Shown: positions 50,008 to 60,085 of the stretch, one piece after another
Position numbering within the stretch: position 1 is the stretch's first letter
Layout of the letters: the number at the start of each line of letters is the position of its first letter
Assembly (NCBI GenBank): GCA_038253825.1
Contig: JBBSGT010000002.1
Location: forward strand, 685 to 64,684
Direction of reading: 5' to 3'
Length of the DNA: 64,000 nt
Source of the DNA: Candidatus Levyibacteriota bacterium
GTDB taxonomy: Bacteria; Patescibacteriota; Microgenomatia; Levybacterales; UBA12049
Notes under the pieces: generated by a model
Seen by the model: only the letters and a program-made list of their open reading frames with translations
Told to the model about the DNA's origin: nothing
Database searches by the model: none
Program-made: the position numbers and the translations under genes

Positions 50008-51513
50008 ATGAATAATTCGAATATAATGAATAAGCTAATATTGTTTATCGCAACAATAGTATCGTTGACTTCATTATACTTCTCATTCAATCTTCACTAC
50101 ATCCTCACTTATAATGACGCTGCTTCGCACTTAAATATTGCTCGACGAATGGTGGATAGTCTTACGCCTGGAGTTGCTCAGATTGGGACGGTTTGGTTAC
50201 CTTTACCTCATTTACTTATGTTGCCCTTTGCAATGAACGATTTTCTTTGGCATACCGGGCTTGCGGGAAGTATTGTATCAATAATTGCCTTTATTGCTGG
50301 AGTGTCCTTTCTTTATAAACTTCTGTATATTCTCACCGAAAATATATGGGGTTCTGTAATTGGGACTCTTATTTTTGCTTTAAATCCCAACTTACTATAT
50401 ATGCAAACAACCCCTATGACAGAGACGCTTCTTATTACAGCCATAGTTATATCAATTTATTATCTCGCAAAGTTTTCAAAAACTTATGACATAAATGACC
50501 TAATTCTGTGCAGTGCCTTTGTGTCCGCTGCCACTCTCATTCGTTATGATGGTTGGTTTCTTTTTGCTTGTTTGAGTATATTACTGCCTATCTGGCTTTC
50601 TGTCGTAAGGGGAAGAAGAAGGGCTGAAAGTTCATTTATTTTGTTTGTTGCTTCGGGCGGGTTTGGCATTTATCTCTGGTTTCTATGGAATTATTTTATT
50701 TTTGGAGATGCGTTGTATTTTATAACCGGTCCTTATTCAGCCGCCGCCCAACAGAAAGTGTTACAACAAGTTGGACAACTACCAACCCAACATAACATCT
50801 ATCTCGCCGGATTGTATTATATATGGGCTGTCATTAATAACAACGGTATGTTGCTTACCATAGCGGGCTTTATAGGTATATGCATTGTGCCATTTATTCT
50901 TAGAAAGAAAAGCCAATTACTTGTATTATTTGCTATCATTTCACCTATTATCTTTAATATCATTGCCTTATTTTTAGGTCAATCTGCAATGAATGTTCCA
51001 CAAGCACCCACAAATCCTGGTATGTTTAATATCCGATATGGTATGATGGCATTACCCGCAATTGCTGTGGTGCTTGGTATTGTTGCTTCCAACAAATATG
51101 CTAGGATAATCGTACTTTTCCTACTGATAGCGCAAAGCTATCTCTTTGTTATACAAGGTGTCCCAGTCACATTGGCAGATGGATTACATGGGTTACAGGA
51201 GACATACTATACTATTGAAGCAAGCAAATGGTTGGCAGAGCATTATAAAGGAGGTCTGATTTTGACAAGTCTTGCATCCCATGACGCATTTGTTGCCAGA
51301 GCAGGGATACCCATGAAAAATTACATTCATGAAGGCACTCGTAATCACTGGACAGATGCTTTAAGAGAGCCTTCAAAAAGCGTGCAATATATTGCTGTTC
51401 TTAGCTACCCGCCAGACAGCGTCTATCGAATACTATATAATAATCCCGATTTTTTAGAGAATTATGAAATTATACATACCTACAAGAAATTTGATATATA
51501 TGAGAAGAAGTAG
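50008..51513 (+). CDS. Family A membrane protein, paralog 4.
   Basis: Carries LTYNDAASHLNIARRMVDSLTPGVAQIGTVWLPLPHLLMLPF. Confidence 0.65.
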   Translation: MNNSNIMNKLILFIATIVSLTSLYFSFNLHYILTYNDAASHLNIARRMVDSLTPGVAQIGTVWLPLPHLLMLPFAMNDFLWHTGLAGSIVSIIAFIAGVSFLYKLLYILTENIWGSVIGTLIFALNPNLLYMQTTPMTETLLITAIVISIYYLAKFSKTYDINDLILCSAFVSAATLIRYDGWFLFACLSILLPIWLSVVRGRRRAESSFILFVASGGFGIYLWFLWNYFIFGDALYFITGPYSAAAQQKVLQQVGQLPTQHNIYLAGLYYIWAVINNNGMLLTIAGFIGICIVPFILRKKSQLLVLFAIISPIIFNIIALFLGQSAMNVPQAPTNPGMFNIRYGMMALPAIAVVLGIVASNKYARIIVLFLLIAQSYLFVIQGVPVTLADGLHGLQETYYTIEASKWLAEHYKGGLILTSLASHDAFVARAGIPMKNYIHEGTRNHWTDALREPSKSVQYIAVLSYPPDSVYRILYNNPDFLENYEIIHTYKKFDIYEKK

Positions 51514-52774
51514 ATTAAAAATATTTTCAGGAATATTCGTCTGTGTTTTTCTTTTTGGTATTTTTGCTTTTATTCCACGCGTTTTCCCCGAGGGATCGAC
51601 AGTTCCAGACAAGCTTTGGAAAATTCAATCAATCGATACTATGAAGACCTCGAGAGATAAAGCCAGACAAGAACTCAACAATACGGATTATGATACTAAT
51701 ATCAAAACAGAACTTGGGTTAATAAAGGATACAGGCGCGAACTATGTCGCTATAGATACCCCGTATGATAATGAATTTAAGCCTTACTTAAAACGTTGGG
51801 TAAAGTATGCTCGTGACGCAGGTTTGCATGTTTGGTTCAGGGGTAATTGGTCAGCTTGGGAAGGATGGTTTGATTACCCTAAAAATCTTACGCCAGAAGA
51901 GCATATTGCGAAAACGAGTGAATTTATCAAAAATAATCCAGACCTTTTTGCCGACAAAGATATTTTTGATGCTTGCCCGGAATGTGAAAACGCGCATTAT
52001 TGGCCGCAACCGGCAAAGAATGAAGAATATCTTGCCTTTTTAAGAAAGCAGCAAGCGTCAGATCAAGCAGCTTTCGCTACCATCCATAAAAATGTACATA
52101 CGAATATTGCTTCTGTTATTGGTGGAAGAGCAAAAGAAGTAATGGATCAGGATACAATCAATGCCTATGAAAATGTAGTCTCAATAGACCACTATGTAAA
52201 AAACACTCGGTCTATGTCAGATTATCTCCATTATTTTCCTACAAAACTTAACTCAAAGGTAGTTATAAGTGAATTCGGTGCGCCAATTCCTGATATTAAT
52301 GGAGACATGAGCGAAGATCAGCAAGCAAATTTTATCAATGCAATTTTTGCGACCTTTTATCAAAATAAAGATACTATTCTGGGTGTCAATTATTTCGTCC
52401 TGATGGATGGTACAACTAAACTACTTAACGATGATTATTCTCTACGCAAAGCTTATCAAATTGTAAAGAATTATTATTCTCCGGGAATTATTAAGGGGCA
52501 AGTAACTAACTCACATGGTGATCCACTAGCAAATGTACCTATAAAATCTCCAGAAGGGTTGGTAAATGTTCGAACAGATGAAAATGGTAATTATAGTTTT
52601 GCTATGCCGCCTGGATCAATAACACTTATTGCCGGCGGAGGAAAATATACAATAAAAAACAAAGAAGCGATGATAGCAACGAGTGCTACTGAAGTAACAC
52701 AAAATTTTCAACTTGACCCAATTAACCCTGATATTTTTTACAAAATTAGCGATTATTTACATAAAATAATTTGA
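51500..52774 (+). CDS. Secreted family B (GH-A-like) protein with a C-terminal carboxypeptidase-regulatory-like beta-sandwich.
   Basis: WKIQSIDTMK, GANYVAIDTPYD, WFRGNWSAWEGWF, CPECEN and EFGAPIP, with C-terminal IKGQVTNSHGDPLANVPI...DENGNYSF. The start is probably the Met at 51500. Confidence 0.55.
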   Translation: MRRSRLKIFSGIFVCVFLFGIFAFIPRVFPEGSTVPDKLWKIQSIDTMKTSRDKARQELNNTDYDTNIKTELGLIKDTGANYVAIDTPYDNEFKPYLKRWVKYARDAGLHVWFRGNWSAWEGWFDYPKNLTPEEHIAKTSEFIKNNPDLFADKDIFDACPECENAHYWPQPAKNEEYLAFLRKQQASDQAAFATIHKNVHTNIASVIGGRAKEVMDQDTINAYENVVSIDHYVKNTRSMSDYLHYFPTKLNSKVVISEFGAPIPDINGDMSEDQQANFINAIFATFYQNKDTILGVNYFVLMDGTTKLLNDDYSLRKAYQIVKNYYSPGIIKGQVTNSHGDPLANVPIKSPEGLVNVRTDENGNYSFAMPPGSITLIAGGGKYTIKNKEAMIATSATEVTQNFQLDPINPDIFYKISDYLHKII

Positions 52775-52934
52775 GTAGACTCCATCAATTATTTAGTTTA
52801 AATACGAAGATACCATCTACATATCTTTCCAAACAAAGGAATATAAAATAAGACTTAAACCGAAAGATCAACGCTTGATCTGAAGAATTGGACAAATTGT
52901 TCAAACTCGTTTATAGTGATCAAACATGTAAAAT

Positions 52935-54215
52935 ATGAAAAAAACAATAACTAATCATATAGCATCATCTCTATATAGTATTGCTGTTATCCTGACGCTT
53001 ATGGCGGTTATAGAACCGCAACAAGTTCATGCACAAGACCGAACGAATTTCTGGAAATATCAATGTATCGATACGATGAAAGAATCGCGTGATAATGCAC
53101 GTGCCTCTCTGGATGATCCAACACTGGACAAAAATATTGTTTGGGAAATGAAAACCATTAAATCCTTGGGCGCTAATTGTGTGGCAATTGATACACCATA
53201 CGACGCTGAATTTCTCCCTGTTCTGAATAAATGGGTAGCAGGTGCGCGTGCGGAGGATCTCCATATCTGGTTTCGCGGCAATTTTTCGGGATGGGAAGGA
53301 TGGTTTGGTTACCCAAAAATTACATCTTCTCAAGATGAACTCACTCGGTTAAGTACGTTTATTAAAGCTAACCCTCAAGTATTCCAAGATGGTGATATTT
53401 TCACCGGAACTCCAGAAGCTGAAAATGGTGGTCCGTTAGTTCCTGTAAACCCTGCACATTATCCTGATTATCGCCAATTTTTGATCGATGAATATGCTAC
53501 TGAGAAAGATGCTTTTTCTAGTATTAACAAAAATATAACTCTTAATTGGTTCTCCATGAATGGAGATATTGCTAAACAGATATATGATCAGGTTACTTTG
53601 GATAAAATCGGCAACGTAGTTACAGTTGATCACTATATCAAAGATGCAAATGAAATGGGAGATATTATTAAATATTTTAACACTACTTATGGGAGTAAAT
53701 TTATGCTTGGTGAATTTGGTGCTCCTATCCCCGACATCAATGGTAATATGACTGAGGATCAACAGGCTACTTTCGTCGATCAGGTATTTCAGCAGCTTTA
53801 TCAACAGCGTGAAAAAGTCCTAGGAATAAATTATTGGGATCTTACTGATGGGTCTACGGCACTCATGAACGATGACAAAACTCCTCGTAAGGTTACTGAG
53901 GTCATTAAAAAATATTTCAATCCTCCGGTAGTGAAAGGTAAAGTTACAACTATCGATCATTTCCCACTGGCAGATTTGGATATCTCTACTAATGACAGTA
54001 GTATAATGGTAAAAACAGATAAAGACGGTATGTATTCCTTCCCTACTACAGCGACTGATATCGAACTGCAAGTGAATTATCAAGATAAAGTTGCAACCGC
54101 CTCAGTAAGTCATTTGCAGCCTGATAAAACTTATATTAAAAATTTTATGATTGGTACTATGCAAAAAAGTCTTGTTGAACAACTTCAAGAATTTATCAAA
54201 AAGTGTCTTCAGTAA
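52935..54215 (+). CDS. Secreted family B (GH-A-like) protein, the third paralog, with a C-terminal beta-sandwich.
   Basis: WKYQCIDTMK, GANCVAIDTPYD, WFRGNFSGWEGWF and GEFGAPIPD, with C-terminal VKGKVTTIDHFPLADL...DKDGMYSF. Confidence 0.55.
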   Translation: MKKTITNHIASSLYSIAVILTLMAVIEPQQVHAQDRTNFWKYQCIDTMKESRDNARASLDDPTLDKNIVWEMKTIKSLGANCVAIDTPYDAEFLPVLNKWVAGARAEDLHIWFRGNFSGWEGWFGYPKITSSQDELTRLSTFIKANPQVFQDGDIFTGTPEAENGGPLVPVNPAHYPDYRQFLIDEYATEKDAFSSINKNITLNWFSMNGDIAKQIYDQVTLDKIGNVVTVDHYIKDANEMGDIIKYFNTTYGSKFMLGEFGAPIPDINGNMTEDQQATFVDQVFQQLYQQREKVLGINYWDLTDGSTALMNDDKTPRKVTEVIKKYFNPPVVKGKVTTIDHFPLADLDISTNDSSIMVKTDKDGMYSFPTTATDIELQVNYQDKVATASVSHLQPDKTYIKNFMIGTMQKSLVEQLQEFIKKCLQ

Positions 54216-55109
54216 TTATTTATTTGTTCCGAGTGAAGACATCGTTTTTCCGAAATTAGCAAAGCAAAAAGCCATATCAGCGAAAGCTTTACCCGTATAT
54301 TTGTCAAAGATATCTATAAATGGCTTGTATTTAAGTAAGAAAGTCACAATTACTTTAAAAGGCCATTCAATCATAGTTATAACTGTATCTATAATATATT
54401 TTACCCAGATAGTAAAAGCAATCAATATCGACCAACACCAAGAAAGTATGTCCTGGATGACTGAAACAAAGAAGTGATAAATATTGGCGAAAACAAATGT
54501 TAGAGTTTTCGTGAGCATAACAACTCCCCAGCTAACACTTTTCCATATACTCATTGCAATCATACTTACCCCATGAAAGAACCTAAACAAACCGCTTCCA
54601 GTGTTCAGTATAGCTACTTGCATTGCATGAGAAGTTATTGCAATTGAATCTACGACAGACTGAAAACCAAAGATAAATATTGAAGCAATGTAGGTCACAG
54701 ATGAAGAAAAAGCTTGGTTCATTAAAACAAGTAATGGCTGAAGATTAAGTAATTGAACACTTTGTGTGAGCACACTTGCTGCGGTTCGTAATGCGTATAT
54801 CAGGATGCTTCCAGCGGTCATAAAACTGTTCATCATCACGTCATATCCATACACAATTAACCCTCCGCATAATGTCAAAAAACTGAGTGGGTTTTGCAAT
54901 GAAATCCAAGACAAGTCAAAGCTAAATTGGATCGAAGTTAATGGATTTCGGAAGGGCGAACTTACAACAAATGTTGCCATAAAGACAATTAACATTATGA
55001 AAATCGGAAGCATGCCGTAAAACGATTTAGTAAAGGAAAGCGAGGAATCTTGCTCAGTTTTTTTGGTGTACTTTCTCTTCGGACGATTTTTTATGACGAA
55101 CTTTCTCAT
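54216..55109 (-). CDS. Hypothetical polytopic membrane protein.
   Basis: 297 aa with a basic N-terminus and at least seven hydrophobic helices. Confidence 0.45.
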   Translation of the reverse strand: MRKFVIKNRPKRKYTKKTEQDSSLSFTKSFYGMLPIFIMLIVFMATFVVSSPFRNPLTSIQFSFDLSWISLQNPLSFLTLCGGLIVYGYDVMMNSFMTAGSILIYALRTAASVLTQSVQLLNLQPLLVLMNQAFSSSVTYIASIFIFGFQSVVDSIAITSHAMQVAILNTGSGLFRFFHGVSMIAMSIWKSVSWGVVMLTKTLTFVFANIYHFFVSVIQDILSWCWSILIAFTIWVKYIIDTVITMIEWPFKVIVTFLLKYKPFIDIFDKYTGKAFADMAFCFANFGKTMSSLGTNK

Positions 55110-55210
55110 CGTTGTCGAGCAGTGCCAACATTATACACCATATTCTTTGACTTTGCATAAAGCCATCATGCTTGAGCAAATATCGATTTTTTGCTATACT
55201 CTTAGCATCA

Positions 55211-55281
55211 GCGGGTGTAGTTCAATGGTAGAACAGCAGATTTCCAATCTGCATACGAGAGTCCGATTCTCTTCACCCGCT
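55211..55281 (+). tRNA. tRNA-Gly (anticodon TCC).
   Basis: GCGGGTG acceptor, D-arm TAGTTCAATGGTAGAAC, anticodon stem-loop GCAGA-TTTCCAA-TCTGC, and discriminator T. Confidence 0.8.
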
Positions 55282-55426
55282 CAACCTAATTTAATTTTTT
55301 GACCTGGACAATTCTATTTTCTCCTTTCCTTCTTTTATGCTTGTAACACTTCTTTTAAACTGTTAAAATGAGAATATACTGAGCAATTTGAATTTCTGAT
55401 TGATTTGAATCTTCTGCTCATTCTTT

Positions 55427-56014
55427 ATGGAGACCACTACAAATCTAGCCAAACATACTACGCAGAATCCATTAAGTAAATTTTTCTTAGATAATTTTAA
55501 AAGTCTTTTGCTTGTCCAGGTAAAAGCTCTTCGACCTGAATCAATTCTAGATGTTGGTGCTGGTGAAGGATTTACTTTGGAAATGTTTCGTAAAAATAAT
55601 ATTGGGAAGAAATTGGAAGGAATCGAATATATGGATGAGGCGTTAGTATTTGCTAGACAACTTCACCCACATGTGACGATCAAAAAAGGAGACATTTACA
55701 AACTTCCTTACAAAGATAATGCGTTTGATCTTATTATTTGTACTGAAGTAATGGAACATCTTGATGATCCAGGAAAAGCATTGGAAGAAATAAAGCGAGT
55801 TGCAAAAAAATTCGCCATCCTTTCAGTTCCGAATGAACCATTATTTACGATTCAAAGATTTCTACGAGGTAAAAATATGCTCAAACTTGGAGGTCATCCT
55901 GAACACATTCAGCATTGGAGTTCAGGGCAGTTTGAAAAGTTTGTACGAGAACATATGCTGATAAAAGATGTAAAAACTCCCCTCCCCTGGACAATGATTA
56001 CTGCGAAGAAATAA
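55427..56014 (+). CDS. Class I SAM-dependent methyltransferase (Methyltransf_11-like).
   Basis: Motif I ILDVGAGEG, FDLIICTEVMEHL and LKLGG. Confidence 0.75.
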   Translation: METTTNLAKHTTQNPLSKFFLDNFKSLLLVQVKALRPESILDVGAGEGFTLEMFRKNNIGKKLEGIEYMDEALVFARQLHPHVTIKKGDIYKLPYKDNAFDLIICTEVMEHLDDPGKALEEIKRVAKKFAILSVPNEPLFTIQRFLRGKNMLKLGGHPEHIQHWSSGQFEKFVREHMLIKDVKTPLPWTMITAKK

Positions 56015-56017
56015 AAC

Positions 56018-57007
56018 CTATTTTTGTGCTTCGAGACTTCGATAAATAACAAGGATAAATGAAATAAAAGGAATTGAAAGTAAAGCGCCGACGATACCCA
56101 TCAGATTTGCTCCTACAGTAACGCCAATAATGACCGCGACAGGATTGAGGCCTACTGCCCGTTCCATAATCTTTGGCACCAGCAATTGATTCTCGAGCGC
56201 CTGAATCAGGATATACGTAATCACTACTACTATTGCGAGCGCAGGTGATATCGTCAGTGCTACAATAACTGCCGGAATAGCTGCCAGTGTGGGTCCAAAG
56301 GTAGGCAAGATTTCCAGTACGCCTGCAAGTAACCCCAGCGGAATGGCAAAGGGTACACCCAACACCGTTAACGATATCCAGGTAATAAAACCAATTGAAG
56401 CGCTTAAAATCATTTGACCTTGCAGCCATGCGCCGAGTTTTTCATTGACCTGATCGATTATGGTGAGAACTTTGTCATGTGTATGATGATGAAAAAGGTG
56501 AGCAAATTTCTTCTTAAAGATATCATTATAAAGCAACAGATAAAGACTGACGATAAAAATAGTAATAGCGGTAAAGATACCTCCAAACACTTGTGTCGTT
56601 ACAGTAAGTGCACTTGAACTAAGGTTGGCAAGTTGATTGTTGAAGTATCCTTGTAGCTCATGTGGATTAATTCTCAAACCGACAAATTTAGCAGATTGAT
56701 CCAGTGATTTCGGGAACCCAAGGAAGAGAGATTCTATTTGTGAAACCACAAAAGGAATTAAAGGGATAATAAGTAAGAACAATAAAATAACAATACCAAA
56801 ATATGGAATTAAGACGGATAGTAATTTCGGCACTCTTTTTTTACGAAGAAACTGTGTTATTGGCAAAATAGCGGCCATAATAATATACGAAAGAAATAGA
56901 GAAAAAAGAATCTCCCTGATTTGAAAAAGAAACCATGCAGAAAAAATGATAAAGAGGGCAAAAAGAACCTGATTCTTTGAAAGATAATCAAAAAAGCGCT
57001 GTAACAT
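56018..57007 (-). CDS. AI-2E family transporter (PerM/UPF0118).
   Basis: Eight-helix topology with the C-terminal family signature VGLNPVAVIIGVTVGANLMGIVGALLSIP. Confidence 0.7.
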   Translation of the reverse strand: MLQRFFDYLSKNQVLFALFIIFSAWFLFQIREILFSLFLSYIIMAAILPITQFLRKKRVPKLLSVLIPYFGIVILLFLLIIPLIPFVVSQIESLFLGFPKSLDQSAKFVGLRINPHELQGYFNNQLANLSSSALTVTTQVFGGIFTAITIFIVSLYLLLYNDIFKKKFAHLFHHHTHDKVLTIIDQVNEKLGAWLQGQMILSASIGFITWISLTVLGVPFAIPLGLLAGVLEILPTFGPTLAAIPAVIVALTISPALAIVVVITYILIQALENQLLVPKIMERAVGLNPVAVIIGVTVGANLMGIVGALLSIPFISFILVIYRSLEAQK

Positions 57008-57168
57008 ACTTTACTTAACTATATGAGAAATCGTTCAGCTTGTCAATGAAGCTAGAAGACAATTCAGAAAAAATTTATATCCTTTGAACTGAAAATTAGG
57101 GAAAGATAATAATACAAGTATACGTAATTTCTGAAGGAACTATGTGCTCACTACTATTCAAGTCTTTT

Positions 57169-57840
57169 TTAATCTCCCGCATTCTCACCGTTTGTTCCTG
57201 GTGTTCCAGTGGCTCCCGTTCCACCGGTTGTACTACTTCCTCCATTTGTGCTGGTTACACCATTTATACTATTACCTCCACTTGTACTAGTACTTCCGTT
57301 TACTCCATTTATTCCCGGCAATCCATTTATACTGGTTCCAGAAGTCCCACTGCCACCTAATCCGCCATTTATTCCTGTTCCTCCTCCCAGTCCGGGAGCA
57401 CTGATTGGTCCAATACCATTCTTAAATCTGCCTCCACCGATACCTTTGCCTATACCAGGATTCGTCTTACCTCCAATAAGCGACTGGAGCAAATTAATAA
57501 GCATAGCTATAATATTTTGTTGGCCGCCCATCGTAGGTGCTTGTCCTCCTTGACCCTGTTGTCCTATACCGGAAGGTACTGGTAAACTATTTCCATTTAT
57601 CGGTCCTGGCGCTTGAACCTTTGGGTTCGTTGGTGCAATTGTCGGACAGGAACCCATACATGCCGGAGAAGGGACGGTGGCTGCTTCTTGGCGGAGGTCT
57701 TGGGGCTGCTGGAGGGAAATAATTGTCAAGAAAAGAACGACTACGAGGGAAAGAACGATAATTAAATTTTTAGGAGCAGACTTCCTTTTGGTCTGAGAGA
57801 TAGAAGTTTTTTTAGCTTTTTTTCTCGTTACTGTTTTCAT
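57169..57840 (-). CDS. Membrane-anchored Gly/Pro/Thr/Asn-rich low-complexity protein.
   Basis: Basic N-terminus, one transmembrane helix (LIIVLSLVVVLFLTIISL), then long GxGxG/NGxxG-rich tracts. The start is taken at MKTVTRKK (57840). Confidence 0.45.
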   Translation of the reverse strand: MKTVTRKKAKKTSISQTKRKSAPKNLIIVLSLVVVLFLTIISLQQPQDLRQEAATVPSPACMGSCPTIAPTNPKVQAPGPINGNSLPVPSGIGQQGQGGQAPTMGGQQNIIAMLINLLQSLIGGKTNPGIGKGIGGGRFKNGIGPISAPGLGGGTGINGGLGGSGTSGTSINGLPGINGVNGSTSTSGGNSINGVTSTNGGSSTTGGTGATGTPGTNGENAGD

Positions 57841-58041
57841 AGCCTTTGATGAAAAAATTGTATATATACAGCTTATTGTTTTACTCATGTGTATGTCAAT
57901 AAGCAAAAAAAAAGTATTGGCAAAATAGATTAGAAAAGCATTTTCTTATTTATCTAGCAAGTGATCTACGAATAAGGTAAATCGTCCGAAGCTAAAAAAT
58001 TGCAACTTTGAGGCTTACTTGCTACAATACATGTATAAAAT

Positions 58042-58118
58042 GCGCCCATAGCTCAGCTGGATAGAGCACGTCGGTTCTAACGACATGGTCGGGGGTTCGA
58101 ATCCCTCTGGGCGTACCA
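58042..58118 (+). tRNA. tRNA-Arg (anticodon TCT) with encoded CCA.
   Basis: GCGCCCA acceptor, D-arm GCTCAGCTGGATAGAGC, anticodon loop GTTCTAA, T-loop TTCGAAT and 3' ACCA; it resembles argU-type tRNAs. Confidence 0.8.
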
Positions 58119-58709
58119 TATATCATTTTTTGAATATAATTCAAGTTTAGCCTGATATGACGATCCGATTGTAGATTCGAGCCGGGCTTTTTCCGCATTT
58201 ACCCGTTTTGCTGCTTCTTTATATTTAAAATACAAATATTGAGGCTGAAACTGCAATTTTTGATCTAGTAAGATCAGGTTGAGTCAAATCATTTTGACAA
58301 TAACCTTTTGATCTTCTGGAATATTATTATCAAATATTTTACGGGCACGTAGACCCAAATCAAATGTATCTCGTGCTATTTGTCCCCAATCATCGCCGTT
58401 TGCATCATCAGAAACGATCTGCAATAACTCCCAAAGAACCGTTTTCAGGAGAAACAATGTTGATTGAAACAAGCATCCAGAAAAAACTATGCGAGGGAGT
58501 ATATATAGCCAGTAGTATATGAAGAGAAAGTAACGATTAAAAAAGAAAGCATTGTTGCTAAAAGTAATGATGAAAAAAGGCAAGAAGGCAAACTATCGAG
58601 GGTGTTTCCAGAGAATAAAAAGCTTAAATAATTTGTAGGCGCCCGTACCTACGATAATTTGCTTATTTTGAGCTTAATTGAGAAGAAAACACTGCCTACT
58701 ATATCTCTA

Positions 58710-58738
58710 TTGACAAATTTTATGAAGCTTAGTAAGAT
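58710..58738 (+). promoter_or_regulatory. Sigma70-type promoter of the cop operon (TTGACA-17-TAAGAT).
   Basis: TTGACA at 58710-58715, a 17-nt spacer and TAAGAT at 58733-58738, directly upstream of the operator. Confidence 0.5.
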
Positions 58739-58757
58739 ATCCCCTACAGGGGGATAT
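58737..58757. promoter_or_regulatory. CsoR-type operator: GC-core inverted repeat ATATCCCC-TACAG-GGGGATAT abutting the csoR start codon.
   Basis: 8-nt perfect arms with a 5-nt spacer overlapping the -10 element. It resembles the ATACCC-N-GGGTAT class of CsoR operators. Confidence 0.6.
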
Positions 58758-59033
58758 ATGGCATACCGACCAAAGGATACACAAGATCGAATTCTTCATC
58801 GCCTCAAAATAGCTCGTGGACATCTGGATAAAGTCATTACAATGCTGGAAGAGGATACATATTGTATTGATGTATTACATCAGCTGAATGCAGTTAAAAG
58901 TGGGCTTGACGAAACAGGAAATGTATTGCTTGAACATCATCTAAAAACTTGCGCCGCTGATGCCATTAGTAGAGGCAAGAAAGACGAAGCGATTGCAGAG
59001 ATCATGCAAGTGTTTAAGAGGAAAACTTCATGA
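58758..59033 (+). CDS. csoR: CsoR/RcnR family metal-sensing transcriptional repressor.
   Basis: DUF156 signature RLKIARGHLDKVITMLEEDTYCIDVLHQLNAVKSGLDETGNVLLEHHLKTC, with ligand Cys in YCID and an HxxxC. The start is the internal Met at 58758. Confidence 0.8.
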   Translation: MAYRPKDTQDRILHRLKIARGHLDKVITMLEEDTYCIDVLHQLNAVKSGLDETGNVLLEHHLKTCAADAISRGKKDEAIAEIMQVFKRKTS

Positions 59034-59185
59034 TGGGATATGGAAATATGCAACGTATGATGAACGAAGTGAAAGGAGGAATCTAGGGTTTTGGTTTCCT
59101 AGGGCTTATCACCTGGATCCTTATCTTTATTGTTTTGGTGCTTTTGGTTATAGTTCTCTGGAAACAAATTTAAAAAAAATAATAT

Positions 59186-59545
59186 ATGTCGATGAATAAA
59201 CTTATAGTTACTCTTCTTGACCTATTCGCAATGGGATTTGTTTACTGGTTTTTTCTTATGAAAAACGAAAATGCAACAGAAGTTGGGGATTCAGTAGATA
59301 TTATTGTAGAAGGTGGCTATTCACCTGCAACGGTTGCTATTCAAAAAGGGAAAACAACTAAAATTAATTTTATTCGTAAAGATCCAAGTAGCTGTTTAGA
59401 AGAGGTTGTTATTGGTGATTTCAAAACGCGCAAATTTTTACCTCTAAATAAAAAAGTAACTGTAGAAGTAAAACCCCAAGAAGCAGGAGAAGTAGACTTT
59501 GCTTGTGGTATGAATATGTATCATGGAAAGATTATAGTCAAATAA
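59186..59545 (+). CDS. Membrane-anchored cupredoxin-like copper-binding protein.
   Basis: N-terminal transmembrane helix and a beta-rich domain ending in FACGMNMYHGKIIV (a C...H/M copper-site-like motif). Confidence 0.55.
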   Translation: MSMNKLIVTLLDLFAMGFVYWFFLMKNENATEVGDSVDIIVEGGYSPATVAIQKGKTTKINFIRKDPSSCLEEVVIGDFKTRKFLPLNKKVTVEVKPQEAGEVDFACGMNMYHGKIIVK

Positions 59546-59547
59546 TT

Positions 59548-60084
59548 ATGAAGCATCTGAGAAATTACTTAGCATTTTATATCCCAATCGTAATAATACT
59601 GGTCATTATTATCTTCTTCTTGTGGTATTTATTGACTAGTGCCTCAAATCAAAATATTTCAAATAAATCATTGATGGGACAAGCGGTGAAAGTTTTAAGT
59701 CGCGATCACGTTCCAGACAGAACGAAAATCCAATACAATTCAAATCCACCAGCAGCAGGTGCGCACTATGCACAACCTCAAGATGCTGGAATATATACCG
59801 TCCCACCTGCTGATGGTCATCTTGTTCACAGCTTAGAGCACGGAGCAATTATCCTCTGGTATAACCCAAATGAGCTTTCAAAAGAACAAATTACACAACT
59901 TGAAAATATCTTCAAAAGTATCTCTTTAGATAAGAAAATAATGACACCACTTATAAATTTAGATGTACCTATTGCGCTTACTTCATGGGGAAGGATAATA
60001 AAATTAAAAAGTATTGATGAAAAGCAGATAAAATCATTCTTCGAAACAAATTACGATAGAGGGCCTGAACAAGCACCAATATAG
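59548..60084 (+). CDS. DUF3105 domain membrane protein.
   Basis: The [11 protein letters not shown] and [14 protein letters not shown] patterns typical of DUF3105. The start is at 59548 (MKHLRNY), 2 nt after the cupredoxin stop. Confidence 0.55.
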   Translation: MKHLRNYLAFYIPIVIILVIIIFFLWYLLTSASNQNISNKSLMGQAVKVLSRDHVPDRTKIQYNSNPPAAGAHYAQPQDAGIYTVPPADGHLVHSLEHGAIILWYNPNELSKEQITQLENIFKSISLDKKIMTPLINLDVPIALTSWGRIIKLKSIDEKQIKSFFETNYDRGPEQAPI

Positions 60085-60085
60085 T

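Noticed and set aside
55063-55302. 79-aa plus-strand ORF.
   Set aside because: It runs straight through tRNA-Gly (55211..55281), so it is a spurious frame.
57142-57722. Plus-strand Pro-rich ORFs (57142..57360, 57209..57553, 57537..57722) opposite the Gly-rich protein gene.
   Set aside because: They are mirror-image low-complexity frames (G-rich on minus gives P-rich on plus). The minus frame has a transmembrane helix and a start context.
58284-58583. 99-aa minus-strand ORF between tRNA-Arg and csoR.
   Set aside because: Its N-terminus is a Phe/Tyr-rich translation of AT-rich DNA. Only the last ~45 aa look protein-like, so it is possibly a gene remnant. It is too weak to call.
58960-59199. 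79-aa ORF overlapping the csoR 3' end and the cupredoxin start.
   Set aside because: It is out of frame with two well-supported genes.
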